Positions 1 to 13,082 of a DNA stretch of 64,000 nt are shown here, piece after piece. The stretch covers positions 3,725,799-3,789,798 of the forward strand of contig NW_003314262.1 of the NCBI RefSeq assembly GCF_000143415.4. Direction: 5' to 3'. Source of the stretch: Selaginella moellendorffii. Its lineage: Eukaryota > Plantae > Lycopodiophyta. The notes below the pieces were generated by a model. The model did no database searches. It saw only the letters and a program-made list of their open reading frames with translations, and had not been told where the DNA came from. Position 1 is the first letter of the stretch, and each line of letters starts with the position of its first letter. Made by a program: the position numbers and the translations under genes.

Positions 1-706
1 TCTTTTAGTAACCGACAACAAATAGGAACCTTGATTAAATGAATATCCCCCATTAGAATAGGATGACATATTTCAATCTTGGATCTACACGATAGGTCAA
101 ATTCAAAGAGATCGACATACTCCTTTATGAGCCAGTCAACTACTACAACACAAAGACCGTTCAAAGGATCAGAAAAGAGAATAGAGGAACAAGATTAAAA
201 TATAGAAAGAAGTTATAAGAAGACATAAATGATGAAAGTAAAGGTAAAAGTAGAGGGATGAAGAAGAATAGAAGTGAGAGGAATGAAAGAAATATAAAAA
301 AGTATAAGAGAAGGGGGAGAAGCCTCAAAGTCACACTTAGCATGATTGCTTTACAACTAATCCATATCAAGAATAAGGTCAAAAGCTTAACTCAACACCA
401 CTTGCAATGATTGAGTTCAAATCATTTGCACAATTAGATCTGCCCCATCCCATGCATATGTATGTGTACAACTGTTGCCATAAAGAATAAAAATTGGCTC
501 TGCCGCACGATATAAATATAGATGGCAATATGTGACAAAAGGCTAAGCAATAGAAGATAAACTTAAGTATATATCAATCAATATAAAGAGAATAATAGAA
601 AACTTTTTATTATTAAAATGAGTTTAGAAAGTAAACATTGGATGAATTGGTGCCAAATGAACCTTTTAATGATATTCCCGAAAATAAGCAAGGAAGGGTC
701 ATTAAC

Positions 707-1330
707 TTATTCACATAAGGACCCTCCACTACTTGCATGATTTTTCATTTCCCAAAAGCATTTCAATGTCCAAACCTTCCACTGCAACAGCACTAACAAA
801 AAGTTGTTAATGTCAAGGTCTCCACAAAAGAAATGAAGGACACCAATCTGAAAAACATTGACAATGCTGATATATATTACCAACTTTATCATGCACCCAA
901 TAGTGGTTATCACAGCTACGACCACGTCCTCACCCTTGTCCTTGAACTTGGGTAGCAGTAGCATTAACTTCCATTGGAACATAACCATCTCCCATAGGAA
1001 TTGGAGTTGAAGGACATATAGTGAGAAGTGGAAGTAATGATGTCTCATAACATTGCCAAGTGAAGAGCATCATCAAGGGTGGCTAGAGCAAGTGCTTACA
1101 TAAGTCTAATAAAATCTTGACTAAATGCTAGCCATAACATTCTCAACTTGATCTGCTCTAATATATTTAGCTATACAAGAAGTAAGAAGCTTTAGAAACA
1201 AATGCCAAATTGCATCATTGATAAAGATAATGCAATTGTTAGAAAGCATTATTACAATCATTAGTATATCCAAATATGCATTTGAAGATGTTCAAAAGAA
1301 TGTTCCAATTCGCATGAGTGGCTACACTTA
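707..1330 (-). pseudogene. Gypsy gag C-terminal remnant
   Basis: Minus strand near 930-985 reads YVPMEVNATATQVQGQG*GRGR: a PMEVD-like motif followed by a GRGR tract, typical of the end of gypsy gag. Interrupted by stops. Confidence 0.45.
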
Positions 1331-1670
1331 AACCATTGTACCATTACTACACCAACCCTTGTAAACATGTGGGAAACTCACACGAATTCTAAACATCATC
1401 TCAAAAATGATATATGACCATCAATGTAAATGATTAAACTAATGGTACACATCATCCTTAGGATTCCCACAGAAAAACTTTGGCCAGACACTGTAAGACA
1501 CAAATCCCTAAACCCCAAAGTGGAGTCGAAAGGGTGCCATATGGTAGTGGCCGAGGCAAAAGCCAAATGAGCATAACACATTTGAACTAAAAACTCTAAC
1601 TCAAAAAGTTGAAAGCGAGAGTGGAACTCCCAACGAAGTGTTCGAGGGCCGAGCATAAAGTGAGTAATAA

Positions 1671-2830
1671 TGTAGCTTATGTGGTTTTCACCCTTTATCC
1701 TAACAACCACGAAACAAAATCTAAACCTTCTATGTGCTATGTGTCATATGCCACATATTTAAAGGATAGTGGAGTGGAACCCAAATTTCAAGGCCTTGGG
1801 CCACTAAATGAACGAACAGAACCAAACTCCTAAGCATGGAGCAAAGGAGTGAAAGTATTAAAACACAGAGTAACTCTCAAGTGTACAACCTAAGGGGTGA
1901 ATTGCTAAGGCCCACAGAGATATGCTTGCCGTCAAGCGCCCAAGCAATGCTAGTCATAGGACTGTCCTCCTCGTTTGCTTGCATGAGCTCTTCAATGTTA
2001 CTTGTGCTCGCATTCCAGAGGTAGATGGTGTATCCAAGAGCGACCGTGACCACATTGTTTGATCCCTAGTTGAGCAAGTTGAGGTAGTAGTCATCTAGAA
2101 TCTTAGGTGCGTCGAGAGTTCTCTCTAAAGCCTGAAAGAAGAAAACAAGTGTGAGAAGAGAAGATTTCTAAACCCATGAACAAATGGATGGAAGAAAGAA
2201 AAAGGAGAGGAAACATACCTAGGGAATGTGTCTAAACATCTTGTGAGGCCTGGAAGCACATAGAACCGTGTTCTTGCTGTACAAGAGCCTGGATTCCTTG
2301 TCAAATCCCTTGGGAGGCGGCAGAGGCCTATTCTTGAAGGCAAGAATCCAGTTCTCCTTATGGAGGATGTTGGTGTCTTTCAAGAGATTCTTGGCAAGTT
2401 GCTTCTTGTACTCTTCCTAGCAGCAATCGCACCTCAGATGCTGTTGCGGTTGTTGCTACTGCTAAGAATGCGAGTTCTCCTTGCCGAGCACAAGCATATT
2501 TGCAACATCGAAATTCATGGCACTGCGATTTGGGATGAATCAATCGCTCTAGAGCTGGAGCTTCTCCGGCGTTTTCCTAGGGATAGGAGCACAGAGTGAC
2601 TTGGAATAGTCTCAGAGCATCCAGCATCCCAATGTTAAGACTGGCACACAAAATAGAGCCAAATAGAGCCAAATAGAGTCTAGCACTATTTCAGCATACT
2701 AGTGGCCTAACACAAGGATATGGGTACTCCACCAACTAGGATAGTATGGAACTTGGGCTTAGACTTAAGTTAGATGTAAAACAAGGATAGACACGCAAGC
2801 GGAAGCTAGACTACACCTCAAGTTTGTTGG
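1671..2830 (-). repeat. LTR, same family as 62687-63190
   Basis: 1671-1900 and 2590-2825 align by eye to the reverse complement of 62687-63190, including the terminal tgtagc/gctaca. About 700 bp in the middle is absent from the right-hand copy. The high-coordinate boundary is uncertain and may extend to 3405. Confidence 0.75.
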
Positions 2831-3399
2831 CTATGCTTGACCTACCCACTATCCCTACTATACATTTGGACCCATAGCTTCCTCCCCCCCCCCAGTACTA
2901 GGAGTTAGTCTCTAGGACAAGCTCAAAACTTGCTAAATATGGAATGTCTTTTTAGATTACGAATTTAGACATAGGACAAATACCATTGTGTTTAAAACAA
3001 TCCCTACATTCTATAAATATCCTAAATGAGTAGATCTAGACACTTTCCATAAACCGAATAGAACTAATATAAGATGCATGATAGCAAGGGTGTTTGGCAG
3101 ACACAATAAGCTATCATCTAGTGTCAATATCATGGGGGTTCCCAACACTAGCAAGTGTAAGTCAACATCATGAGTTTTTTGTCACCATATCAAATATGCT
3201 TGACTAAATGACAACTTAGGATTTCCTTCCTTAGTGCCCTTTTAGTCTAAGAGCACATGTGATGACTAATTTTTCAACTAACTTAGGTGGAGACTAATAA
3301 AGGGTTTAACAATATCGACCTCTTGCCCTCGTGGCAGTAAAGAAAGAATATTCAAAAGAATTAGCCGACAAGTAGCTTTCGATACCCAAAGTCACATTT

Positions 3400-3440
3400 G
3401 CGACACTTTCCCCCCCTTAGGGAAGATCGACGTCCTTGTC
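3400..3440 (-). other. Polypurine tract abutting an LTR start
   Basis: Minus strand reads GACGTCGATCTTCCCTAAGGGGGGGAAAG-TGTCGC, i.e. a PPT directly followed by TG. Confidence 0.55.
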
Positions 3441-3999
3441 AATGCATACTCCAGCTAGACCACTGGCAAGGAAACAACTTTAGAAAGTGATCACACTATG
3501 TGATAAATGCACCAACTTAAATGAGTTAGGGTAACCTCTTTGCCTAATACAGATGCCCTACCAATTCAAACACCTTCTAGCCATTGTCAACAAGGAAATG
3601 ACCAACAGAGTTAGCCACCCTTGCTACTCTAGGTGTCACCCAACTTATAAAAGTGTGATATGAACCTACTTGCAGGTGGCATAGAGAGAGAAGCCATAGG
3701 CCCCAAACCCTTATGAGCAAAGAAATTGTTGGTAAGGTTAAAATAGACTACTGTAAATAGGCAGTTAGAGTTGTTTACATGGTCACGCCCTTTAAACAAA
3801 ATAAGAAACATTAATAGAGAGGTAGGTGATGTGACCAGTCGATAATAGTACCCCATAACTAGAGATCTCATTATGTACATAAAGTGCCAAAGCTAGTCTA
3901 TCTATATTGGCCCAAACTCAAAGATCAATAATTGGACAATATCAAAGTCAAAAACAATAATATTCTAAAAACTTAATTATTAGTGAATAAAGCTTAGAT

Positions 4000-5900
4000 T
4001 AGAACACAAAAGTATTTTAAGTAAATTATCATCCGATAAACCAGAATTATAGTATACAGGATCCACCAAGATCATCATAATTGAAAAATATAGGATTCAC
4101 TATCTAACAAAATTCAATAGTAAAGATATCATCAAGGAAACTCAATGATAAAATTAACTACTAAAGATTGTAAATGGCATACTAAACAACTTACAAAAGA
4201 CAACTCAAAGAATACAAAATATCATCAATTTGGCAAATAAAATGCTTGTGAATATATTGCCCAAAGGAAATAACATTCAACTGATTAGAACCAACTATAA
4301 CAATAACTAACAAAATAGAATGAATATTACAAGACCAACAAACACCCATTTATGCTAATTATTGCACTAGCCAATTCGAATAAATCACGGTCAATAATAT
4401 TAAAGAACCAAAGTTGCTCAAGCAAGTATTAACAACATCTTACTGATATCAATAAAGAGATGCATAATCTTTGTCAAAGAAAAAATCCATCATTATGAAG
4501 AATGGTTAATTATTTTAGACCAATAATATTTGAGTAAAACCTTTGACAAGGATAATCAACTATCTTAGATGATAGTCAATCATCACCAGTGATTACCAGA
4601 TGCAAATACTAACTTCAACATTGAAGCTAATAAACTAAAATGCCTTCTCTAACAACTTTTTACAAATGGAACAAACTTAAAGAACCAAAAGCTCAAAGAA
4701 CTTTATACCCAACAATGATTATGAGTCTTGCATGAATTAACTTTAATGCTAAAGAAGAAAGCATGGTACAACCCACAATATCCTCCTCAACATATTCATA
4801 AGCTAAACTTCATAATGCAAAGCTAATGAAGAGCATGTCTGAATTAATCCAAAAATTAAGCATAACAAAACTATACTCAACAAGTGATCATTTAATATAT
4901 CATCTATGAATCCATCTATAAGAAGACGAAACTTACTTCATAATAAGCATGAGAAGAATCATTAATAATTGATATATCCCCAACTCAAATCTAACAAGGA
5001 CTCAATATCTTCAATATCAATCACTAATTCTTCCTTTCATAAAGTTAGCATAATTTACGACTAAATCATATTTCAAAGAAAAGCCAAAGCTCAATCTTTA
5101 CTAAATAATTTCATCTAGAACATAACTAACTTAACTTGCCACTCAACTCATTTGAATGCCAACATAATTGCTAGCTGGCAAATGCATGAATGTTAATAAT
5201 ATAAAGCTATAACCAACTTATCAACACTATTTGCATCAAAACTAATGAAACTCAATATCAATCCTATGGAGAGACATATCATTTCACTCAAATCTCAACA
5301 ACAATAATGTCAATGATAAGATATCATTTTAATGCTATCAATACCAAAACAAAACTAGAAGAAAGCAAAAGTGAATCATCACTCAAAGCTCTTTAGCAAC
5401 CAAGTTAACCAAAGTTAAAGATACATTAGTGAGTATCTAAGACCAATCCTTTAACAATACTCAGTTTTAGATAACACATCATCAAGGAGTGATTCACCAC
5501 ATCCAAGACTCAATGAAATCCAATACCATGACTAAACACAACCAAATGATATTGACAGAGGTAGAGTCGATATGCTAATATGGAAAAACCATGCAAACTT
5601 ACGATATGATCCTCCGCAACACCATCTAGTAAAGTAAATCTATCACTGCTAAATCTTCATCGAATGAGGCAAGTGTCAATAGTCCTTGACGAAGTCTACA
5701 AGCAATTATTAGTCGCAAAGCAACTAACAATCACTCTTCAATTTGCCTTCACAAGACCCAACACTAAACTCATGCCATCAAGTTATATACTTGTCCAACA
5801 TGAATGTAATACCCTAGATACTAAATAAAGGTTCATGGACAAGTACGAACTAAATGACTACTCAAATCTAACTTAACCACAACAAGCTCACCAACACATT
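4000..5900 (+). pseudogene. Heavily decayed gypsy pol (RT/RNase H/integrase) remnant
   Basis: Near 4590 reads LPDANTNFNIEA, resembling the LPD.SKPF..ETDAS RNase H entry motif. Many stops; A/C-rich and G-depleted. Confidence 0.4.
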
Positions 5901-6804
5901 TAGCCTATATCTTTAATCATGCCTTGAAGAGGTTAGTTATACATGATCAACATTTAGTCAAAACTAAAATGAAAACCACAAAATGAACTTAGTACACAAC
6001 CTTCATGTAAGCCACAAATTTTTCCTTTCCAATTTGCCAGCTTACCTCATCTATCCGACCAACTCTGCCTTGGCTTGTGCTAAGTTCCCTCGCTAAGGTT
6101 CCCGCCTATGGTACCAGCTCCTACTTGGTCCTACTTGGTTTCAGCTACTCACTGCATGAGCAACAGAGTGTTAGCCATCCATCTACGGATTCCCAAATCT
6201 CTCCCAATCCCCCTCCCCGGGTTAAACTGGATATAAGGTTCGGCTACACTCCCCGTAGGCACAAGCAGCCAAGCACACCAAGCCTCTAGGTTCCTAACAC
6301 CCTTGGTACCACAAGACTTGATCATGGGACCCTCTAAATCCCAAGTCTTGGGTGTAGCACTTGCTTCGGGACGTCGGGGCGAAACACCGTGGCCTAACGG
6401 CCCGGTATGGGTACCTCTACCCCCCCACTTCCATCCCGAAGGGGAGGCCCAAGCCCCTAGGAAGGGCGAGGACCAATGAGCCACAAGGTACTCAAGTGGG
6501 GCACCACTCCACATGAGCCGGGAGCACCGCAGTCGGTTTCCCTTTCGAGAGTGGGAGCTGCTCTTGAGCACTTCCCTGGGTGGCCCCTCTGGCACCACTC
6601 AAGCCCATGCTCACTCCCACCCAAGGCCCCTCGGCCCCAGTCTCAACCTCAAGTCAGTTTGGAAGCACCACTGAAGAGTTCCTTCAAGACTGGTTCCTAG
6701 ATCTCACTATCCCTACTATACTTTTGGAACCCCCTGCAGCCCCCCCCCCCCTAGGAGACACACGCTTTGGGCTTTCACCCCTTGACCCGTATTAGTATTT
6801 GGAC

Positions 6805-7080
6805 TTAGTCTCTGGCTCGATCTCGGACCTGATTTCGGATCCGACTTCGGATTCGGTCTCGGACTTGATCTCGGACTCGATCTCGGACCCGATCTCGGAC
6901 CCGACCTCGGACTCGACCTCGGACTCGGTCTCGGACCCGATTTCGGATCTCGGACTCCATCTCGAACTCGGTCTCGAACTCAGACTCGAACTCGGTCCCC
7001 GAGTCGGTCTCGGACTCGATTCCGGACTCTATCTCGAACTCAGTCCTAGAGTCGGTCTTGGACTCGATCTTCGACTTGGT
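6805..7080. repeat. Degenerate 6/12-bp minisatellite (TCGGACTCGATC-like)
   Basis: Over 20 imperfect copies of tcggac/tcgatc/tcgaac units within a GC-richer segment (6060-7140) that is probably a younger nested LTR piece. Confidence 0.85.
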
Positions 7081-8569
7081 CCCATCCGATGAACTCTTTG
7101 TCATTTTAGTCATGCTTTTGGGGTTCCTTTAGCCTACGACACTTCGGTGGGTTGGTTCCTTACACTCCACTTAGGCAAAGTTATAATATGAGTACCAACA
7201 TCTCAACTTCAAACAACTAAGTTGGACATCATCATCATCATTAGCCAAGATGCAGAGCCACCAAGACCAAATCAAAATCATTGAGAGCTCACTCCTTTCA
7301 TAAAGTCTAACAAAATACAAAGTGCAACTTGCCACCAAACATAACACTACAAAAGAAAGACACAAGATTCACCTTTCTAAAAAAGTGTAATGGCCATTCT
7401 TTCACACTAACTCTAGACTCTATTCAACTCAATTGCATTAGCCCTAAAGTCAACATCCCTTTCAAGTTGCATCATATAAGTTACATATTAAAGTCTAAGC
7501 TAACCAAAGTCAACTCTAACCCCTTCACTAGTTTGTATTGACTTATGAAAGCAGAATGGTTTTCAATCAATAAATTAGTTATTGGAAAAGTTTAAGAAAA
7601 TTTGTGGAAAATGTTCTATCTTAGAGAAAGAATGACTCTTAGTCCAGGAATACAAACTTTCAAAATTCAATCAACTTCTTTCTACCAACAACTTCATATA
7701 GGTTCACCTCAACACAAATTTTCATGACCCATAATATGCTTAAACCTCAAACATCATGCCCATATTTCTAATATCCAACACTAACATTTACAAAATGCAA
7801 AATAAACATCCAAGACTTGATCATGAAAACTATATCTTCAGATATCCATATTGCACTAACACTCTTTTTCAACCACCTTCATGATCCAATATAAAGCCAA
7901 AACACTAACAAGGAAAATGACATAGAAAATCAAGGTTTAAGGAAAATTCTTTATCACTTGAAATAACAATGCCACTTCCATCAACACAAGTGCTAGTGAT
8001 GTCAATGCTTCAACTACACACCTTCTCCATCCAACAATCTCCTCCAAGTGTTAATAAATAAACAAACAAGTTATAGCAAGTGAATGTTATAACCCTTTCC
8101 AATATCTTATGAGAAACCTTAAGGAAACAAAGTACCAACATATGTTTAGCATATCATAGATCACAATTGAGAACCAAATCAAAATTACTTCAATGCTACT
8201 ACTTGCAAGTAGACTAGTTTTATTATCAACCACTTTGGGGTTGATCATCGTTTAACCAAGCAACTTTGCAAACACATTGCTTATTATCACATGGATATGA
8301 TATAAAATTACAATAACTTAATCATAAATTGAGCAACACCACGAGTAACACCCATGTCATTACTTCAAATATTTATGTGAGTATCAAGTGCTAACTTGAT
8401 TTGACAAAATGCAACATAAATGACACACTCCACCAATAGAGATTTATGACACCTAACACCACTAATTTTTTTCATAACATGGACAAGCTCATGCCACTTT
8501 CTTTCCAACCAAACTCAAAACTAATCCAACACTAAGCTACTCAAGGAGCAATAATAAAGTCCTCTAAAA

Positions 8570-9260
8570 AGAATTAAGCATTGTAACTCAAGTCTTTAAT
8601 AGCAAGTTTAGACAAAATGGTATAGTGTTTCACCACTATCCATCTTATGACTCACCACTTGTAAGATCATCATAACCACTATGCATCAAGATAGGGACTC
8701 TTGATTGCATAATGTAAATACGAGTAGTGAGTTACACTTTGTTGCGAATCATCTCTCCAAAAATAATTTATGTATTTGATTTTTCATCCCTAATGATTCT
8801 TTTTTTGGACTTTACTTTAACCAAACCTCAAGCTTGCGTTAGCACTACTTCAATCCAATCCCAGAAAAATTTATGAGAGGGTACAACAATGACTACTTGA
8901 ACCAATAAACTAATCTTTATAGTCTTGATTGATCCACTTATAATCATGCCTAGGAAGGATTCACTAGTGCTAAACAGCTACAAACTAGCTTATTTGCCAC
9001 CCATAACAAACCCAGGGAAGTTTACTTTTATCCACAGTACAAAGAACAACTCATGGAACAATTGATATATTAACATTAATCCTGCCAACTTAAAGTATAA
9101 TCTTAAGTTCCTAATGTGCCTCATTCATGAACCTAAGTGCAACCTTGTGCAAAATGGTACACCTCAAATCCATTTTGCTAACTCAAAGTGTAACCTTGAG
9201 TTGCTAATGTGCCTCACTCACGCACAAACTCGTGCAAATAGAACATCTCAATCCTTCTTA
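8570..9260 (-). mobile_element. Internal 5' region of the same LTR family as 63191-64000
   Basis: For example gatccacttataatcatgcctaggaaggattcactagtgc (8931-8970) matches the reverse complement of 63592-63631. Homology continues to the window end. Includes a tandem duplication of about 95 bp at 9085-9260. Confidence 0.8.
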
Positions 9261-10197
9261 AATGATTGTGATTTATTTTGTTACTATGGTTTAAAAATCT
9301 TACACTTCTATTGGACCTGTCCTTCACCTTTGCATTTATAGTTCTGAGAGATAATTAGGGTATAAGATTGCCTAAAATACCCTAAAAACTGAGCATTATT
9401 GAACAAAGGCTGCTTAAATTCTCCCTACATGAAGGTAGGAGGAGTTCCTTAGCTATTGTCTAAGTACTTTGGCTATTATTGTCCTGGTGCTCAATAAAGC
9501 TCTCTTCCCTACAAAAGATCAAAATAAGAAGATCCTTTGATTCAATCTCTCTTTCTTTAAGCTATACAAGTTGTTACAAATACAAGGAGATTGAGATTTA
9601 TTTTGGAATAAGGTTAAAGTATTTCCTCTTATGTTTTTAAAGTTTGATTATAATTTCTTTTACATTTGGGAGTGTTTGAAGATATATCAAGTTGGAAGTA
9701 GACTCTAGTTTTGGATATAATTTCTCTTTAGTGTTAAAAATATTAGTTCCCATAATTATTTGTTAGAAGGAGGGTTCGACCTTGTAGTTAACAGCCACCA
9801 GTTGAGCTATTCTAACTTTATAATAATTTTTTTTATGTAAAACAATAACTCGTATAATATCTTCTATTTGAAAAATTTTCTATTTTTAATAAAATATTTT
9901 ATTTTAATCTAAGACATAGTTGGATTCTTTGCTAGTTTGGTGCAATTGTTTCCAACTAATATCTAAAAAAAGATGGGTGAGATTATATTATGATAGACTG
10001 TATTATGGTAGAGCATATATTATGTTGGGATCTTATGCTTCTAGATAGGCATTACAAGATCTAAAACTAATCATATATACATATTACTTATATTGTAATA
10101 TATTAGTAGCAAAGTTGAGTTCCTCCACTTCATATGAATTTAAAAATGTTCAAGTGATCTAGAAAACATTCATCCAAGCTACTCAGAAATTAACAAG

Positions 10198-11499
10198 ATG
10201 AGGTTTTCCTGTATTATTTCATTTTTCAGCATACTATTTTCTTTTGCATTATGCACACATTTACCACCACTACCCCAATGTGTAGATGGAATTATCATAT
10301 TTGGGGATTCTCTTTCAGACACAGGAGCCTCTGCTAATGTGTTTCCAAGTAATCCAGGAAATCAGTCTCCTTATGGTATAACTTATCCAGGAAGTCCAAC
10401 TGGAAGATTTTCAGATGGAAGGCTTATTATTGATTACATAAGTATGGTGTGTGATTATGAACTTTTCTAACAGCTTCTCGTAGGTGCTGGCTTAAAGTTC
10501 AAGTATCCAGAGCCTTATTTTGTGACTATTAATCCAGATTATAGAACTGGTATTAACTTTGCTCAGGCTGGCTCAACAGCACTCAACACCGTTTTTCAAA
10601 ATCCCATATATTTCTCTTACCAGCTGCAACAGTTTTTGCAGTTTAAACAGAGATTAGAATCAGGTTACAATGCAAACAGAGGTAATTATATTATAGAAAT
10701 TATGTGAGTATTAATTTTATTTCTGTTTTTAAACAGATGCATATAGGAAGTCATTACCTCCACTAAAGTTTTATCAAACATTCCTTTATGCTGTAGAAAT
10801 TGGAATTAATGACATTATTAATAATATAATCTACAACAATAAATCTCTATCATATATTGCAAACATTACTATACCACAAGCAGTTGCAGCTATCAAATCT
10901 TCTTTACAAGTGAGGTTATTTTGATTTCCAATAACCAAAACCTTAGTGCTGTTATTTTGTTAGTTACTTTATAACGAAGGTGGTAGAAAATTTTTGGTAT
11001 TCACAATAACACCATTGGGCTGCACTCCACAATTTAAGACTATTTTTGCATCTCCAAATCCGACAGCATATGATTCTTATCAGTGCCTTATTGCATTTAA
11101 TAACATTTCTCAATATTTCAACTCAAAACTTGTGGACGCTGTGGTTTCTCTACGAAATCAATACACTGACGCCAAATTCTACATTGCAGATATGTATAAC
11201 CCTTACTACAAGATCCTTCAAAATAGTTCAGCTTACGGTAAGTCTGATGCTGATATATATGCTATTTATTTAACTTGAAGGCAGGTTTTACGAATATACG
11301 AGATGCTTGCTGCGGAACTGGAGCACCTTATAATTATTCTCCTTTCCAAATATGTGGAACACCTGGTGTATCAAGTTGTCTAAATCCCAGTACTTACATA
11401 TCTTGGGATGGTCTTCACTACACCCAACATTATTATCAAACAGTAGCAGAGTTCTTCTTAAGTGGAATATTTTTAGATCCATCAACGAAAATCTGCTAA
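10198..11499 (+). CDS. GDSL esterase/lipase, secreted, 5 exons
   Basis: Signal peptide, FGDSLSDTG block I, PTGRFSDGRLIIDY, GINFAQAGS and WDGLHYT block V. GT-AG introns, e.g. 10442-10483. Confidence 0.93.
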
Positions 11500-11633
11500 A
11501 CAGTAAGTCAAGAGCTGAATGAAGTTATTAATAATAGCTTGCTGCACACCTTGTTAAACATAAATCAATGTAAAATCTTTATATTGTTTATTATGAACAC
11601 AAAATAAATCTAATTTTTTTGGCCAAGGTTTAT

Positions 11634-13029
11634 CTAATGCTTGCTAATAACGTCAAACGACAAGCCATTGTTTTGCAGCCTCTGCTCGTAGTCCGTGGTT
11701 CCAAACGCAACACCAGGAGTCCACACGCCACCTTTGGGGAGTTTATCGCGGTTTTCCAGCACGAGCAGCGCCGCCTGGACGAGAATGATAGGCGTCGTCA
11801 CGTATCCAATCTCCGGACCTGTTACTCGCGTGATGATCTCCATGTCCGGTTGCTGTTTCTTCCCGGGCGGAACTTTGCTAGCGTCCTTGAAGCCGCGGCC
11901 CACGAACACCATCGAGAAAGAGGAGTTATCAATCTCCTCCTGCGAAGGCCCCGTCTTGCTGAAAACTCCGCCTGTGAAAACCTCCGGATAGCTGAGCAGG
12001 AGCTTTCTACCCCAACCAAAGTTTGCCAGGACGTAGAGAATGAATCCCGTGAGCAGCAGAAAGCAGACCCTCCAGAGCTCCTTGACGCTCAAGTAGACGC
12101 CAAAGAGCACAGGCTTGATGTCCGTCCACTGCCTTAAGGACTGTTCTTGATGCTTGGAAGCCGTAGGAAGGCCGTCTGGGTTCTCAGCTACTGTTGCAAG
12201 AGTCCTACGAACCAGGACTGCGTCGGACGAAGGGATCTTGACGGCCCAGGAATTTACTGCGTCCTCCCAGTGCACCGCAGGGCGTTTCAGCGGCACTCCT
12301 GGAATCTAGTAAACGAACAAAGTTATCCACGGAAAAAAAAAAAAAAACAAGGACGACGCACAAACAAACCTGGAGTCTTGGCGATTTAATTGGCCTCGAC
12401 TTCCTGAGCTTTTGAAGCTCCCCAACGCTCGCAATTCCCAGGACCGCAGACTCAAAAGTTGCAAAGTTGCCTTTCATCCGCGTCGAGGAACGCAGCGTGA
12501 GATAGGCGTCAATGCTGTTGGGCTTCGAAGAGCCTTGCCACTGCTTCGTATTGAAGATGACCCCAAACTCCGCCGGAACACTGTCGAATCCACAAGCGGA
12601 CACCACCAGACTTTCCCTGTCCACGGCCTGCTCGTGGTACTTGGCCCTCATCCTTTCCATGAACTCGGGCTCCCCAGTGATGTCCAAGTAGTCTATTCCA
12701 GCTTCCACGCAAGCAGCCACAACGGGCTCTCCATAAAGCCTGTACGGACCAACGCAGCTGACGAGCAACTTTGTTTTCGAGCACAACCCCCGAAGAGAAG
12801 CCATGTCGTGAACATCAGCCTCGAATATCGGCACGGACGACTTGAGCCTCTGTTCTTCAGACGTATGTCCGAGAGCCCAAGAGAGGGACTCCTCCAGCTT
12901 CTGGCGGCTACGCCCAGCTATGCCCACCTTCCTGTCCTCTGGGAGCTTGCGGAGGAACTCACCCAAAACGCGCTTGCCAGTGAATCCAGAAGCCCCCAAG
13001 ATGATCACGTCTGCCGCAGCGCTCTCCAT
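11634..13029 (-). CDS. Saccharopine dehydrogenase-like oxidoreductase (SCCPDH family), 2 exons
   Basis: GASGFTG Rossmann motif, CVGPYRLYGEPVV, YLDITGEP, ACGFDSVP, GPEIGYVTT and GGVWTPG. Intron at about 12305-12370. Confidence 0.92.
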
Positions 13030-13082
13030 CTTGAACAGACCCTAGGAACTGAACGAAATAAAGAAAAATGCAGATACTTTAG

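Larger units (their letters stand above)
1..9350. mobile_element. Decayed, nested Ty3/gypsy-type LTR retrotransposon block
   Basis: AT-rich with no long ORFs. Contains gag-like, RNase H-like and integrase-like remnants in both orientations. Two segments (1671-2830 and 8570-9260) are reverse-complement homologues of the LTR element at 62687-64000. Confidence 0.8.

Noticed and set aside
6799-7113. ORFs with SDPI/RDRV repeats
   Set aside because: Translation artefacts of the 12-bp minisatellite on both strands.
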